Of a stretch of 64,000 nucleotides of DNA, positions 13,501 to 26,486 are shown piece by piece. The stretch spans positions 3,596,001 through 3,660,000 of the forward strand of contig CM022678.1 in assembly GCA_012295275.1 (NCBI GenBank), given 5' to 3'. The stretch's first letter is position 1, and every line of letters begins with the position of its first letter. Source of the stretch: Chrysomallon squamiferum. Taxonomy: Eukaryota > Animalia > Mollusca. The notes beneath the pieces were generated by a model. That model saw only the letters and a list, made by a program, of their open reading frames with translations, had not been told where the DNA came from and ran no database searches. Position numbers and translations under genes: made by a program.

Positions 13501-15274
13501 ATATAACATGTAAAAAAAATAATGTTTCCATTATTTGAATTTTATAGATATTCAGAAAATAACTTGTAGATATGTAAAACAAAATGTGCAGCCAGTGTAT
13601 GAACTACTCCTTATTTAGCAGTAAAGTAATCAGTTATATGCACTCTCCCATTAACAGAAAAGCTCATAAAACATATGTAGATGAAACAAAGAAAATAAAT
13701 TTGTTACCATATACATACTACTCATAGTTTTTTTTTGATAAATAATAAGTTAGGTGCAAACAGATATATTAGTTACAAATATGTTAATAATTTTTTTTTG
13801 AAAATTGCTTTTCATGTAGGTTTGGGACCTTCGTAAAAATGATGTGTTGTATCGGATGCGTGGACATTCAGACACTGTGACAGGCATGGAAATCAGTCCT
13901 GATGGATCATATCTTTTAACAAATGCAATGGACAACACACGTAAGATTATTTTATTATTATTATTTTTTTAACTAATATTCAAAAAAAAACATATAAATA
14001 AGTAAATAATAATAAAATACATATATATTGAAAACTTCTAAAAAAAATCAATAATGAAAAGATATTCAAAGTTTAAGAAATATATATTTTTTTTTTACTG
14101 AGAAAAATGTCTGATAATAATTCTTGTTATTTTACAAAAAATTGTTAAATAATTAATTCATTTAATTTTAAGTTCTCTCCCCATAAATAACAATAATTTT
14201 ATTTTATTTTGTGCACACATAATAATTAATGATACAATTATCTTTCTTTATCAGTTAAACTTTAAAATGTCTATTTCATCTGACCATCAGTTATATTATT
14301 ATTATTATTATTCATAAAATTTGTTATTTAATGAAATTTTAATTTGTCATATAATTATTCTTTACTCAATATTTTTATTATTTTTTTAGTGCGAATTTGG
14401 GATGTGAGACCATTTGCACCTCAAGAAAGATGTGTTAAAATTTTGCAAGGTCACCAGCACACATTTGAGAAGGTTAGCATGCTCTTATTTTTTATTTCAT
14501 TTTATTGCTTAAATGATAATGTAAGGAAATTAACAGAACTTTGTTTTTAAGAAAAAGAAAAGAAATTGAAACGTAAATATTTTCATGTTTTGAAAAAGTA
14601 TTTTAATGTTAATGTATTAATCCATTGATTTGAGTAAACATTTAGACATTTAGCCTCTTTCAGTTATGTCGTAAGATTTAATTTTATTTTGAACAGAACA
14701 GAATCAGTTTTGTATTATCGGTACTGATGAATGAATGTATGTAGTGAGAGAGAGAGAATGACAGAAAGAAAATAGAGAGAGAGAAAGAAATGGGACAGAT
14801 GCATACTGTGTGATTACATACATTTTTCAAGCATAAATAATCTGCACTATAGATGACCTTTAATATCAATGTTTTTTTTCCTTCTTCTTCTCCAGAATCT
14901 CTTGCATTGTGCTTGGTCGCCAGATGGGAGTAAGGTTGGAACGGGATCTGGTGACAGATCAGTTTACATCTGGGACACGACATCTCGAAGAATACTCTAC
15001 AAACTGCCTGGCCATGCTGGATCTGTTAACGAAGTGGATTTCCATCCTTTTGAACCCATTGGTGAGTTTCCTATAGGCTTTGTGTGTGTGTGTTGTTTTT
15101 GTATACATTTGTGTGTGTGTGCATGATGTAGCTCAGTCACAGAATGTCTGTTCATGGTGAGGTGAGCATCAGATGGATACATTTATTTCCCATTATAACC
15201 AGTGCTCTACAGCTAACTACTGTAACAAAATCTCTGATATGTACTGTCCTGTCTGTGGGATGGTGCTTGTAGAA

Positions 15275-15316
<42 letters not shown>

Positions 15317-15591
15317 GAATAAATATATGTTGTATATTTCTGTTATTTAAGATAAAAAAATATGTATCATATGTGTCTGTAATATATTTGAGAGTGTACT
15401 TATTGTGTATGCAAATATATGAATGCAAGTGATTCCTTTAATGTCTGCGTATTTGCATAGCAGTAATTATTAGTGTGTGAATTTATGAGTTATATGTGGG
15501 ATTATATTTATACATAAGACATACTTCTTTTTTTTCAGTATTATCATGTTCAAGTGACAAAAAGATATTCCTTGGAGAAATTGAAGGTTGA
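10354..15591 (+). CDS. SNRNP40: U5 snRNP 40 kDa WD40 protein, 9 coding exons
   Basis: Exons 10354-10479, 10886-11015 (GPPRTSSLNAPIMLLTGHEGDIF..ASAGFDRLI), 11634-11727, 12259-12424, 13191-13313 (QTFQNTYQVTAVSFNDTAEQIFSGGIDNDLK), 13820-13940, 14390-14472 (RIWDVRPFAPQERCVKILQGHQHTFEK), 14896-15061 (ILYKLPGHAGSVNEVDFHPFEPI), 15539-15591 (LSCSSDKKIFLGEIEG*). All GT-AG and in phase. Confidence 0.96.
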
Positions 15592-16189
15592 ACAAAAATC
15601 CACAAATGACAATTTCATAACAAAAATGTTCTACCATCATCTATCATCAGTTATCATTCAATTTTTACTATAAGACTGTGTTTGTATAAAGAACCATGAT
15701 TTACATCACAAAATCATCCTTCATCATTATTCTCATTAAAGATTTTTTCTTTTTGTTCACATACATTGTGTTTTTGTCAAAGTTTATCCCAAAAACATAC
15801 CTGATTACAACAAATATAAAAAAATTTGAAACTGTGGCCATCTTTTACTTTGAGAGTTACTCCTAACAATTCATCTCCAAAGCTCCCCTGCTGGAGGGGC
15901 AGACCTTTTAAACATTTTATAAAATATAGATACTGGGGCCATAAGATTTATGACCATGTCTGTTTTGACCATTAAAGTCATATTCTCAAACACATGGGTT
16001 CAATGAATGTATAATTTTATATTTAATTTTTTCAGACCAAAACAATATATAAACCAATTTTGTTCCGTTTTGTTTGGTTATTATTATTTTTATTATAATG
16101 GGTTTTTTATGAATATCATAATCATTTTGGATTGCAATTTTTCTTTTTATATAGGATGATAATATTATAATATTTTCTTATATAATGTT

Positions 16190-16195
16190 AATAAA
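16190..16195 (+). terminator. Candidate SNRNP40 polyadenylation signal AATAAA
   Basis: AATAAA ~600 nt after the stop; a second lies at 16262-16267. Confidence 0.45.
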
Positions 16196-16785
16196 GTTCA
16201 GCATTTCTGGTCAGTGTTACACAGTAAAATCAAATGTTTTGACTGGATTACCTCTGATATGAATAAAAACTGGTAACAGGTGAGGGAGCGGTGCCATAAT
16301 TTGAAGAATGTAACTTTCAAGGTGAACTTATTTCATTTATTAAAAAATATATATGACCTGCCCAAGTGAAAAAAAAAAAAAAATAAAAATAAAAAATAAT
16401 AATGAGAAACAAAGGCTTGAGTCTTATTCTGAATGCATCCCCCACCCACACACAGACAAACAGAAAGATGGATGTACAGTCACAACTATTTATTAACAAC
16501 GAGGATTAAAATGAAAATACATGATATTAACTTTCAACAGTCTGCATGCATTTGAAGAAACAAAAACAATAACAAACTTAACAAGACCCTGTTGTTTCAT
16601 ACAGATATTTTGGTTGCCACAAACACCATTTCATTTCATTGAAACAATACCCTACTCAATACTTGATATTAATTATTTCTTCTTATCCTTTTGGGTTGTT
16701 CTCATCACTTTTTTTTAAAAAATTTAAAAATAAAATGTATTGTCACACTCCTTTCAAGGACATCTTTCACCTGACATTTCTCTGT

Positions 16786-18064
16786 TTAGCGTCTTTGATG
16801 TTTTTCCTCCCAGTCGAGCTCAGACTGATGCAGACACTGCTGCGCTGACTCAAACTGGGGATCGATGGAGAGGGCTTGCTTCATGTCTTGTATAGCTGCA
16901 GCATAATGACCTGGAGGAGATAAATTTTAATCATCTGTAAAGTAGAATTAAATTTTTAATTATTATCCACACATACACAAACACACTCAATACAGAGGGA
17001 GAAACAGGGACATATATACCACCACCAACAATGCAGATTTTTTTTTTTTTTTTTTTTTTAAATAAAACAATTAGAAATATGTGAATGTAAAATTGTAATA
17101 CCTGGAACAATTTAATTTTTTTTTTTTTTAGTATTCAATCATTTTTAATGTGTGTGTTACATAATGAAGAAGAGACTGCAGTGCCCAGTTTTAATGGCTA
17201 TTTCTGCTGTGTATTACAGCCAGTGAATAGTTACCTAGTCTGTAATGAATTAATCCTCTGTTGTAAAACGTCTGTGACATCTGCTGATTAAACTTGAGTC
17301 CCTGAGTGTAGTCGTCCACTGCTTCATGGAAATTTACTCTCTTATACTGGATCAAACCTCGATTATTGTAAGCCAGAGCAAGTTTTTTCTGTCTGTAAAT
17401 AATAACAGTAGTAGTGGTAGTAGCAATAGTAAAATATTACAAAAGCAGTAGTAATAGTAGTAAGAGTAAAATGATAATAGATGAAGAACCAGTGATGATG
17501 ATGTTGATAATAACTGTCGTGTTTCCACGTGCCAGTTTTAAAATGATGTCAGTGATACTGTCAGTGATACAGTCAGTGATTCACAAACAACCAGGTACTG
17601 AAATCTCTATCATAATATCAGAAATGCCAGTGGTAAACGTTTGTCCAAAAGCTCAACTTCGTCTTCAAATTATCAATCGATCACAATTTATTTTTGCAAA
17701 ATAAGTATTAAAAATTAAACAAACCTTGAAAAGAAAAACTACTACCGAACCAGGATCATAACTAATAATATATATCAATATCAAATTTAAAAACGTTGTT
17801 GTATTCGTAATGAATAAACGAAAATTACTGAGGCTATGTCTTAAGAATTACATGCGGATAATTTCGATTGATTGTGATCACTGTCAGTGTCACTGTCATA
17901 ATGATAATGATTACTTACAATGCTGTTTTCTCATTAAGTTCATTCAAATTATTCAAGCAAACACTTGCATTTTCGATGAAGTTTGTGTACAAAACAAAAG
18001 CTTTGTCCAGGTTGTCTAACTTTTCATTTTTTTCGGCTTCTTGAAATAATTCGTCCGTTTTCAT
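16786..18064 (-). CDS. TTC32: Tetratricopeptide repeat protein 32, 3 exons (absent from the ORF track)
   Basis: Exons 17919-18064 (MKTDELFQEAEKNEKL..), 17235-17392 (ALAYNNRGLIQYKRVNFHEAVDDYTQGLKFNQQMSQTFYNRGLIHYRLG), 16786-16910 (HYAAAIQDMKQALSIDPQFESAQQCL..*). TPR motifs and small size match TTC32 from recall. Confidence 0.88.
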
Positions 18065-18503
18065 CGTCTTCTGCAAAACTCTGAATTTGTTTACGACAGG
18101 TTATCTTATTTTCGTAAGATAAAGAGCTATCGACGAACGATAACTCTTGAACATTTAACGCTTGTTAACTTACGCCAAAAAGTATTTATTTTTATACGAG
18201 TATAAATTTTGTACAACAGATTTTATTGGTTATTCTGTATTGGTACTTTTTAAAGAAATACGATACAAACAACAAAAAAGAAAAACTGATTTTATTTCTT
18301 TGTTGAAAAATTAACTGTGAAATAAATAGTAACAATACTTTTTTTTTTTTTTAACGAAAATTACTGTGACTATAGGATGGGAAACTTTTAGTTATAACAA
18401 GCTGATGACTAGATTAAAAAATTAAATATGAATTAAAACACAGTGTAAAGAGCTGTGCAAAAATATAAATATCACAGTTAAATTATTAACTATACAGTGA
18501 TTA

Positions 18504-18506
<3 letters not shown>

Positions 18507-18571
<65 letters not shown>
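18507..18571. repeat. (GA)n microsatellite
   Basis: Pure dinucleotide run. Confidence 0.95.
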
Positions 18572-18572
<1 letters not shown>

Positions 18573-18627
18573 CTAAGATTTAAATGGAAATTACTTGAAA
18601 ATAAAATTGATGACTAAAACGAACTGT

Positions 18628-18676
<49 letters not shown>

Positions 18677-18954
18677 ACAATAGTAAACTTGAGAAGAAAT
18701 GTGCGTCTCAAATGTCATTTTCCACTTAAAGTCACGTTATCCTTGTTTATGTCTCCATTAGTCGCATTGCTAATCTTTTCTTTTTATACGAGAATATGTG
18801 AGTGTGTGTTTAAAGATGATTAATGCTAAATAAGGTTAATTGTCTAGTTTCTTATTCCGAACAGATATTTCAAACTTAAATTACATTTATTGCTTAACAG
18901 TATAATAATAAATGAAATATCAGATGCATATAAATAGGCCTTTTTATATTTTTA

Positions 18955-18958
<4 letters not shown>

Positions 18959-19035
<77 letters not shown>
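18959..19035. repeat. (CT)n microsatellite
   Basis: Pure dinucleotide run. Confidence 0.95.
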
Positions 19036-19037
<2 letters not shown>

Positions 19038-19351
19038 CAGTTTCATTTCTTCTGATGCTTCTTTTCAAAACCGATCGCACACTGCTCAGAATATATTTTA
19101 GCAGATAAAAAAAAAAAAAAAAAAAAATAATAATAATAATAAAAAAATCCTTACGTCAAAGTGTACTTTGTAAAACTCAACCCTAAATGAACAAATTAGA
19201 ATAAATAAAAAAACGAATTAGCCCAAAAAGAGCTGAAAAGAAGAAATGACCGAAAATAAGAAAGTAAAAAAAAAAAAAAAAAAAAAAACAAACATAAAAT
19301 AACATAAACAAAAACAAAACAATAATAATAATAACAAATATAATAATAATA

Positions 19352-19386
<35 letters not shown>

Positions 19387-19436
19387 TCAAATTTTTGCTG
19401 CGGCGCGTATATTACGTCATCTCGCTGCTGCACAGT

Positions 19437-22416
19437 CTAATAGCTGACGAACCAGTTAACGCAGGTTCTCGTGGGAGTGTGCGAGATGTTGCAGTACATC
19501 CCCACCTTCCAGCGGGACACGTCGATCCAGCCGCGCGTGCTGACGAGGATGTACCACCAGTACGGGTTCTCTTTTATCTTGAACTCCTTTTCGCTGATCT
19601 GCTTCTTGCTCACGCTGCGGATGCTCTGAGCCACGACCTCGTCCGACGGTCCGAACTCGACGCTGTCCGTGCCCGTCGTGTACCAGCCCTGGTCGGAAAT
19701 CAGCGCCAGCCCCAGCCGGACGGAGGCGCCGCACTGGATTGCCTCCCTTAGCGAAAGCTTCGTGCCCGAGGCCACCTCGCCCAGTTTGTCCGTGGCGAGA
19801 ACGTTCACCCACTTGGCCGTGTCCACGAACCAGCTGATCACTCTTCTGTCCGCGCTCTCTCCCCGAAGCGTGGGGTCGCCGACGTTGTACCTGTGAGTGG
19901 TCACCAGCCCGGTCGTGTGCACCATCTGCCACGACCAGTAGGCGTCGTCCTGGAAGGTGTCCGCGGTCGACTTGCTGACGCGGGCGAGCACTTGCGCGAC
20001 GACGTGTCCGCATATCGTCTGTAGGTTGTCTGCCTCCACGCTGAAGCAGCCGCTGATCAGCATCTTCACCCTGTGGCCGCAGATCACTTTGTCCACCAGC
20101 TTCTGCAAGCTTCCCATCAGGCACGTGCCGTCCTCGCCGTTGGTGAACACGTGCTCCCAGCCGGTGTCGACGAACCAGTCCAGGGACATGCGGTCGCGAT
20201 TGTGACCTCTGCTCTCGTGCGCGCCCACCGTCCACCTGGAAATGTCGCGACAGCCGTTGGAGGTGAACATGGTGAACTGCCAGTAAGGACACGGCAGGAA
20301 GCAGAGGTTGTTGCCGACCTGCTGAACGCTCAGGTTCCACAGGTTCTCTCCGCTCACCTCTCCCGCGTCCGACACCTGGAGGTTCTGCAGCAGGGAGGAG
20401 TAGCCGTTGCTCCGGCTGACCACGATGAGGTCGTGTCCGGCTTTAACCGCTTTCTCCAGGTCCGCTTTGGAGCCTTCGATTTCAGTGCCGTCCTCCAGAC
20501 TGGAGAAAATGTGCCAGATCGGCTCCGTCCTCACGAACCACACCATCTCCACGCAGCAGACCGTCTCTCCCCTCGGCGTCTTCGATTCCACGTTGTACCG
20601 GACCACCTGCACGTGACCCGACGTGCTGATCGACAGGAACCACCGGTAAGCCTCGGTGGCGAAACATTCCCAGGTGCTCTTGCCGACGTGCATCAGCGCC
20701 TGGCCCCACACGTCGCCCGACTTGACGGTGACGTTGTGGAGCTCGGAGGAGTAGGCCCCGTTCGACCACGACGGTATCATCACTTTGATGCGCGCACCAG
20801 CGAGAGCGGCCTTCACCAGGTCCGCCTTTTTGCCGAATTTCACTTCTCCCTTCGGGCTGTTTATCAGAATCTGGTTCCACGTGTGGTGACCTGTGTGAAA
20901 GGAAAACAAGAATTTTTTTGTTTTGTTTACCAGACGTGACGATATTGAAACGATATTGATGATAACGATGATAAATTCTGGTTATTTTTTTTTTTTTTAT
21001 TTTTTTTTTTTTGTTGTTGTGATATTTATGCAGTTAATTAATTCAATCTAAAACGCATTCTTCTTTATTTCTTTTAATTTATTATTTTTTTTGTTTTTGT
21101 TTTATAATACGTATCATGCTATTTACAATTAGAATATTATTATTATAATTAGAGTTCTGTAAATGATGATTCCAGTTTTATAATTAGTATAAACCGTTTA
21201 TTGTAATTATAAAAGGTATTATGTGATTCATAACACGAATTATTCAGTTCGTGATTTATATCCTTTTATTCATAATTTATTTTGTATAACTATCAAATGC
21301 CAGGTGTGTTTTGGTATCGTCATACTCGATTAACGACTCTGGATTTATTAAAACTAACATCAGCTTCATAGTGACAACCATATTAAAGAAACTGAACTTG
21401 CACTCAAAAATAAATAAATTTCTGAGTGCAAGAATTCCGTAGACGATATTTCTTTTTCTGTTTCTAAGGGACATTTGCCATTGGTTTTTGCTATCACGTC
21501 ATCTGTTTTTCATGATGACTGTTTCCTAAAATAATGGCGGACAGGAAGTGACTCGACGCTAATGAAATTTTGAGAAAGACAGACAGATATAAGCTGGTTC
21601 GACAAAGGCGACAGCGAACATGAACAAAAACAATTATGATCATGACGACGTAATCGAGATGACAATTTTTTTTTACATAACATAAAATACTGCAATCAAT
21701 GAAATAGTTTATTTCTCCTTTTGAATGAAAAAAATTGGTTAACTGATATAAATATCGTCGAATTTTAAACATTTTCATCATTTTTTTTTTTCTTTTCCAA
21801 AATGGCAGCCTGTATGGGTTACGGGTTTTGGCACTCAGGTCTACAAGTTATAATTTGAATATATTTTTCTTAATTTATATTCAGTAACTGATAATTCGTA
21901 TTATTTTTTTCATAATGTTTATCCTAATATTCTTAATTTGTATTCTGCAACTGATAATTCTTACTTCATGATTTTTGATATTTATCCTAAATTCTTTATT
22001 AACATTTTGTACTAGTGTTATAAATTCTAGTGTTATAGTGTTATAAGGAGACACTGGAAATTGGAAAACTGAAGTTGAAAGAGCTGCATTGATATAATGT
22101 TTTCTCGGTTATGTCGCCATTAGTTTTACTCTGTTACACTGACCTTTGTATGGTCTGAAAGTTTGTGTTGTCTTTTCAGAATTTTCTTCGCATTGTGCGT
22201 CTGTGAAGAACAATTACATAAAACGTATGTGTATATATGAATGAATATACTTATGTACGTATATGTGCGTGCGTGTGTGTATGTGTGTGTGTTCATTTAG
22301 GTGTGTGTATATATATGTATCTAATGCATGTCTGTATATATATGTGTGTGTGTGTGTATGTGTATAAGGATGTGTGTATGCATATGTATGTATGTTTACG
22401 AATGTGTGTTTGTTTG

Positions 22417-22454
<38 letters not shown>

Positions 22455-22500
22455 ACTTACTCTGTGGTTTGAATTTTAAACTAAAGCCAAAGAATGCCAT
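19437..22500 (-). CDS. Uncharacterised protein with four ~120-aa Trp-rich repeats, paralog A
   Basis: Large GC-rich exon 19437-20890 (acceptor ttcacacag, phase 1). Upstream exon 22461-22505 with ATG at 22500 gives MAFFGFSLKFKPQ plus a phase-1 gtaag donor, joining as ..KPQSHHTWNQIL... Probable non-coding exon ends at 23045 (gtgag). Each repeat has G-x4-G-(S/K)-x3-L..G..(V/I)(K/R) and ends in WFV. Confidence 0.85.
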
Positions 22501-22528
22501 AGTCGCTAAAAACAGAACAATATTATTA

Positions 22529-22567
<39 letters not shown>

Positions 22568-23238
22568 ATTACTAGATTTTAGGAAATATGTAACATAAAT
22601 TAACAAAATTTATGTTTTATAATATTGTACATAATTCTTGGAGTTTTCATAGAAGTTACATAGAAGTAAAATAAATAAATAAATTAATAAATTAAATAAT
22701 AATAATAATAAGAGTAGATAAATAAATAAATAACACAGAGAGAATTAATTTTAATACTATAGTAAATATTGACCGTCAAAATGAATAAACACCAGCAGTA
22801 TGACGTCATTTATAAATGTATTTCGGTTGAAAGCAGGAAATAAAATGAAAGAAAAAGAAAACGAATCTAAACAATTTTTTTTTCACTAAATAAGACAAAA
22901 AGTCATAACTTTTTAATAAACTTGATTCAGACTTTGCAAGGTACCAGGCACAAAATATTTAAAATTAAAGGAAGTTCATAATGAAAATGCGATGATTTCA
23001 GTTTTAGAACCACAATAAATGTTTTAAGATTAACATTGACTCACAAGTTTCCGCTTATTCGCCGTTGTTTCCGTATGAAACAAGAAACTGTACAAAACTT
23101 TGAGAAATTTGATTTTAGTTTTATGTCGCACTGAAACCATTAAAATTACTTCAAACGGAAGCAGGCATAAATGTAACATTCGGAATAATTCGTTAACATT
23201 CTGTATTACTCGTATACATACGGAATGTTACGACTCAG

Positions 23239-23284
<46 letters not shown>

Positions 23285-23543
23285 AATAAATAAATAAATA
23301 AAAAAAAAAATAATAAATAAAAAAAATTAAAGAAAAAATGCTAAACATCAAAAACATTTTCTTTCGTTCTTTCTTTCGTTCTTCTTCTTTTTCTTCGTCT
23401 TCTATAAATCATAGCAAAATTACGCCAAAAATTAAAGATTTCCAAATTTTAGAGTTATCGTTCTGCACAAACTCTTTAAAATTTGTAAGAGTAAATAACT
23501 AAATAAACAAATAAATAAATAATTTATTAGTTTATTCATTATT

Positions 23544-23574
<31 letters not shown>

Positions 23575-23821
23575 TAACTTTTTTGATATTATATTTAAAT
23601 GTGTTTAACCGTTATTACATGACAGAGATCTTTACTCTTATAAAAAGGAAAACATACATACAAACGTTAGTATGTCAGACAAATTTATGGCTGGCACTCA
23701 TAAATTTGCTAATGGAAGAGCTGTGTAGGTTTGAACCTGCGACCATCATGTTCTGACCCCTGCATGATTCTGAAAAGAAGTGTACTTAAGGGGGACACGA
23801 AGGAACAGTCTAAATATCGTC

Positions 23822-24222
23822 CAGGATCGTACGCAGGGGTGGACGGGTGTGATGTTAGGGGTGTGAACGCACCCCACCTAGTCCGTCGAGTAATCTTTGT
23901 AAAAGTGATAAATAATAATAATAATAAATAATAATAATAAATAAATAACCATAACCCATTGATGTGAACTGCAATACATTTTCGCAGTTATGGCGTCCCA
24001 TGAAAGACACAGTAAAAATGTTTTGTAACGTAACCAATGTTGTTTTTATTTTTCCGCGGATACTTTCTGAGAGATACTACTAAATTAATTATCTCCCTTG
24101 CCATTTACTCCCCAGAATGCAGCTCCTGCATTCTAAACATAAAAAACATTTCTGGCGTCATGCTTCCGAATACCCATGATATCTGTCGACTGCATGCGTA
24201 TAAGTTTCTGCATACGGGTCTG
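23822..24222. mobile_element. Degenerate non-autonomous DNA transposon (MITE-like)
   Basis: Imperfect terminal inverted repeats CAGGATCGTACGCAG (23822) and CTGCATACGGGTCTG (ends 24222), with GC-rich subterminal sequence. No clear TSD. May be nested in a larger TTAA-flanked remnant (~23786-24622). Confidence 0.45.
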
Positions 24223-25039
24223 TATTCAGTTTAAAAATATCACTGCACCGCCATGTTTCCGTAGTCGTGACGTCATCACATACAGGACAGATCGATTTGC
24301 TCTGAAGTTTCTTTTGGCATAGGTTAAAAATAGCCATAAGTCCACATTGTACGCAGTGACTTCACGAATCTAATTTCAAAATGGCGGCGTTCAGATGTTT
24401 TCTAACAGTACTGTTTTATTGTCATACTTTGTTATAGGTGATGATAGGTCGGCAAAAATAACAAAATAATAACTTGAACGTGAACGTAATTTTAAGCAGA
24501 CGATTTATTTGTATCGCTGTACATTATAACTTCCATATGCTTAGAACGAGTTCACATAACGACAGCTAGTCAGATTTAACTGGTGCTTTAAAGAGTACGT
24601 CCTAACTCTTCTTTTCCCTTAAACTGGAACCAAAAAAAAAAAAAAAAAAAAAAAGAGCTTTATTTCAGCTGATGTTAGCATCTTTGAAAAACTGAAAAAT
24701 TGATTTAAAATTTTAGTGTATATAAAAGTGACGTTTAAAACTTTCAACTGTAGACTGGTATCGTAAATCTGCTTTGTTTCCCAGTATAACCGCCACTTTG
24801 AAATGATTAACTGGGATTGAAAAATTTAGGCCTTCTTGGTCTTCGATTGATTTAACACGTATATAAAAATAATTTATTTATATTTTTTCTTATTTACTCT
24901 TACAGAGTTTGTAATAAAAAAAAAAAAAACCCCAATAATTCGTTTGTTTCAAATAAGAACTTTTGACGTAGTTTTACAATAATTTGTTCAGTAGATGATA
25001 GAAATTGTATATTAAAAATCGTATAAAGTATTGCAGGTC

Positions 25040-25075
<36 letters not shown>

Positions 25076-25288
25076 TCGGCTTATCAGTGAACCAGTTCAC
25101 CAGCTGTTCCACCGTAACCGTTAACATTCCTACGTGGATTTTAGATCAAGGGAGGTAAGCAAGAAGAACCTTTAGGAAAGGCATATTTCGTTTTTCTGTT
25201 TTTAAATGCTTCTGTTTCATGCGCGTATTAGACAAAGAAACAAAACTGACCCAAATGTCAACCCTCAGAATCACTCCCCAAAAAAAAC

Positions 25289-25319
<31 letters not shown>

Positions 25320-26250
25320 TTCAGGCGGAAATTTCATTTAAGTTTTATTTCTGTACTCAATAATTCCTGTATAAATATATTTATATAAAACAATGAACAA
25401 AATTTCAGAACAGAAAATTAAATGAAACTCGACAACATACAAATAGAGGTTAAATTTTATTTCGTTTTATTTTATTATTAATATTGTCATTATTACTTAT
25501 TTTATTATGGTGATATAATACTCATATTTCTTTTTCTTAAAATATTGTACATGTACTAAAAGTTAAATAATAATAATAATAATGAATAAAATAAAAATAA
25601 AAAATAAAAAAAAAAAAAAACAACTCCGAAAACAACAATAAAGAAAGAAAGAAAGAAAGAAAGAAAAAAAGAAGAAGAAACAGAAGAAAACTAAATTATT
25701 TGTTCTCGTTATTTCCGTTAAACGTCTTTTTGAGTCTATAAAATGGGTCAAATAATTTTTAATTTTGTTTAATTATTGTTTTATATTTATTATATTTAAT
25801 AACAGCGTTTCTTATATTTATATTAATTTTGCAATAAAAGGTAAAAAAGGAAAAAATTAATAGAAGAATAAAATTATGAATAAAAAAAAATTACGAATGT
25901 ACGAATATGTACAAATATGTTAAAGCTGTTTTCATTTTTATCATTTATTTATTATTATCTTTTTATATATATGAATATATTAAATTAAAAAAAAAATTAT
26001 TTATTTATTTATTTATTTACTATCATAACATATTTTTTTTTTTTAAATTTCATTTCCCCAGAAATTCCATTCGAAAACAAATTTCATATATTGCACCACA
26101 AATCTACACACTCCTTTAACTATGCACCAAAATCAAAGATTAATAAACAAATGACAGACAAATTACATTAAAAAATGAATTAACAACTAAGAACAAATAA
26201 ACAAAACCAAACTGTATAAAATAAAAAAAATATAAAAAAATGAATGAATA

Positions 26251-26281
<31 letters not shown>

Positions 26282-26486
26282 TAAATAAATACAATATAAA
26301 ATATTTATATTTACATATATATTTATAAATGTTTTTAAAAAATTCACACATTTCGAAGGTTATTAAATTTATATATAGAAAAAAATATATATAAAAAAGT
26401 GTGTGTATATATATATATATTTATATTTATATTTATTTATTAAAAAAAAAAAAAATCAAGAAATAAAACGTCTTCAGACGGAACAC

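Noticed and set aside
19395-20939. Overlapping ORFs of 118-294 aa on both strands
   Set aside because: Same GC3 shadow effect over paralog A.
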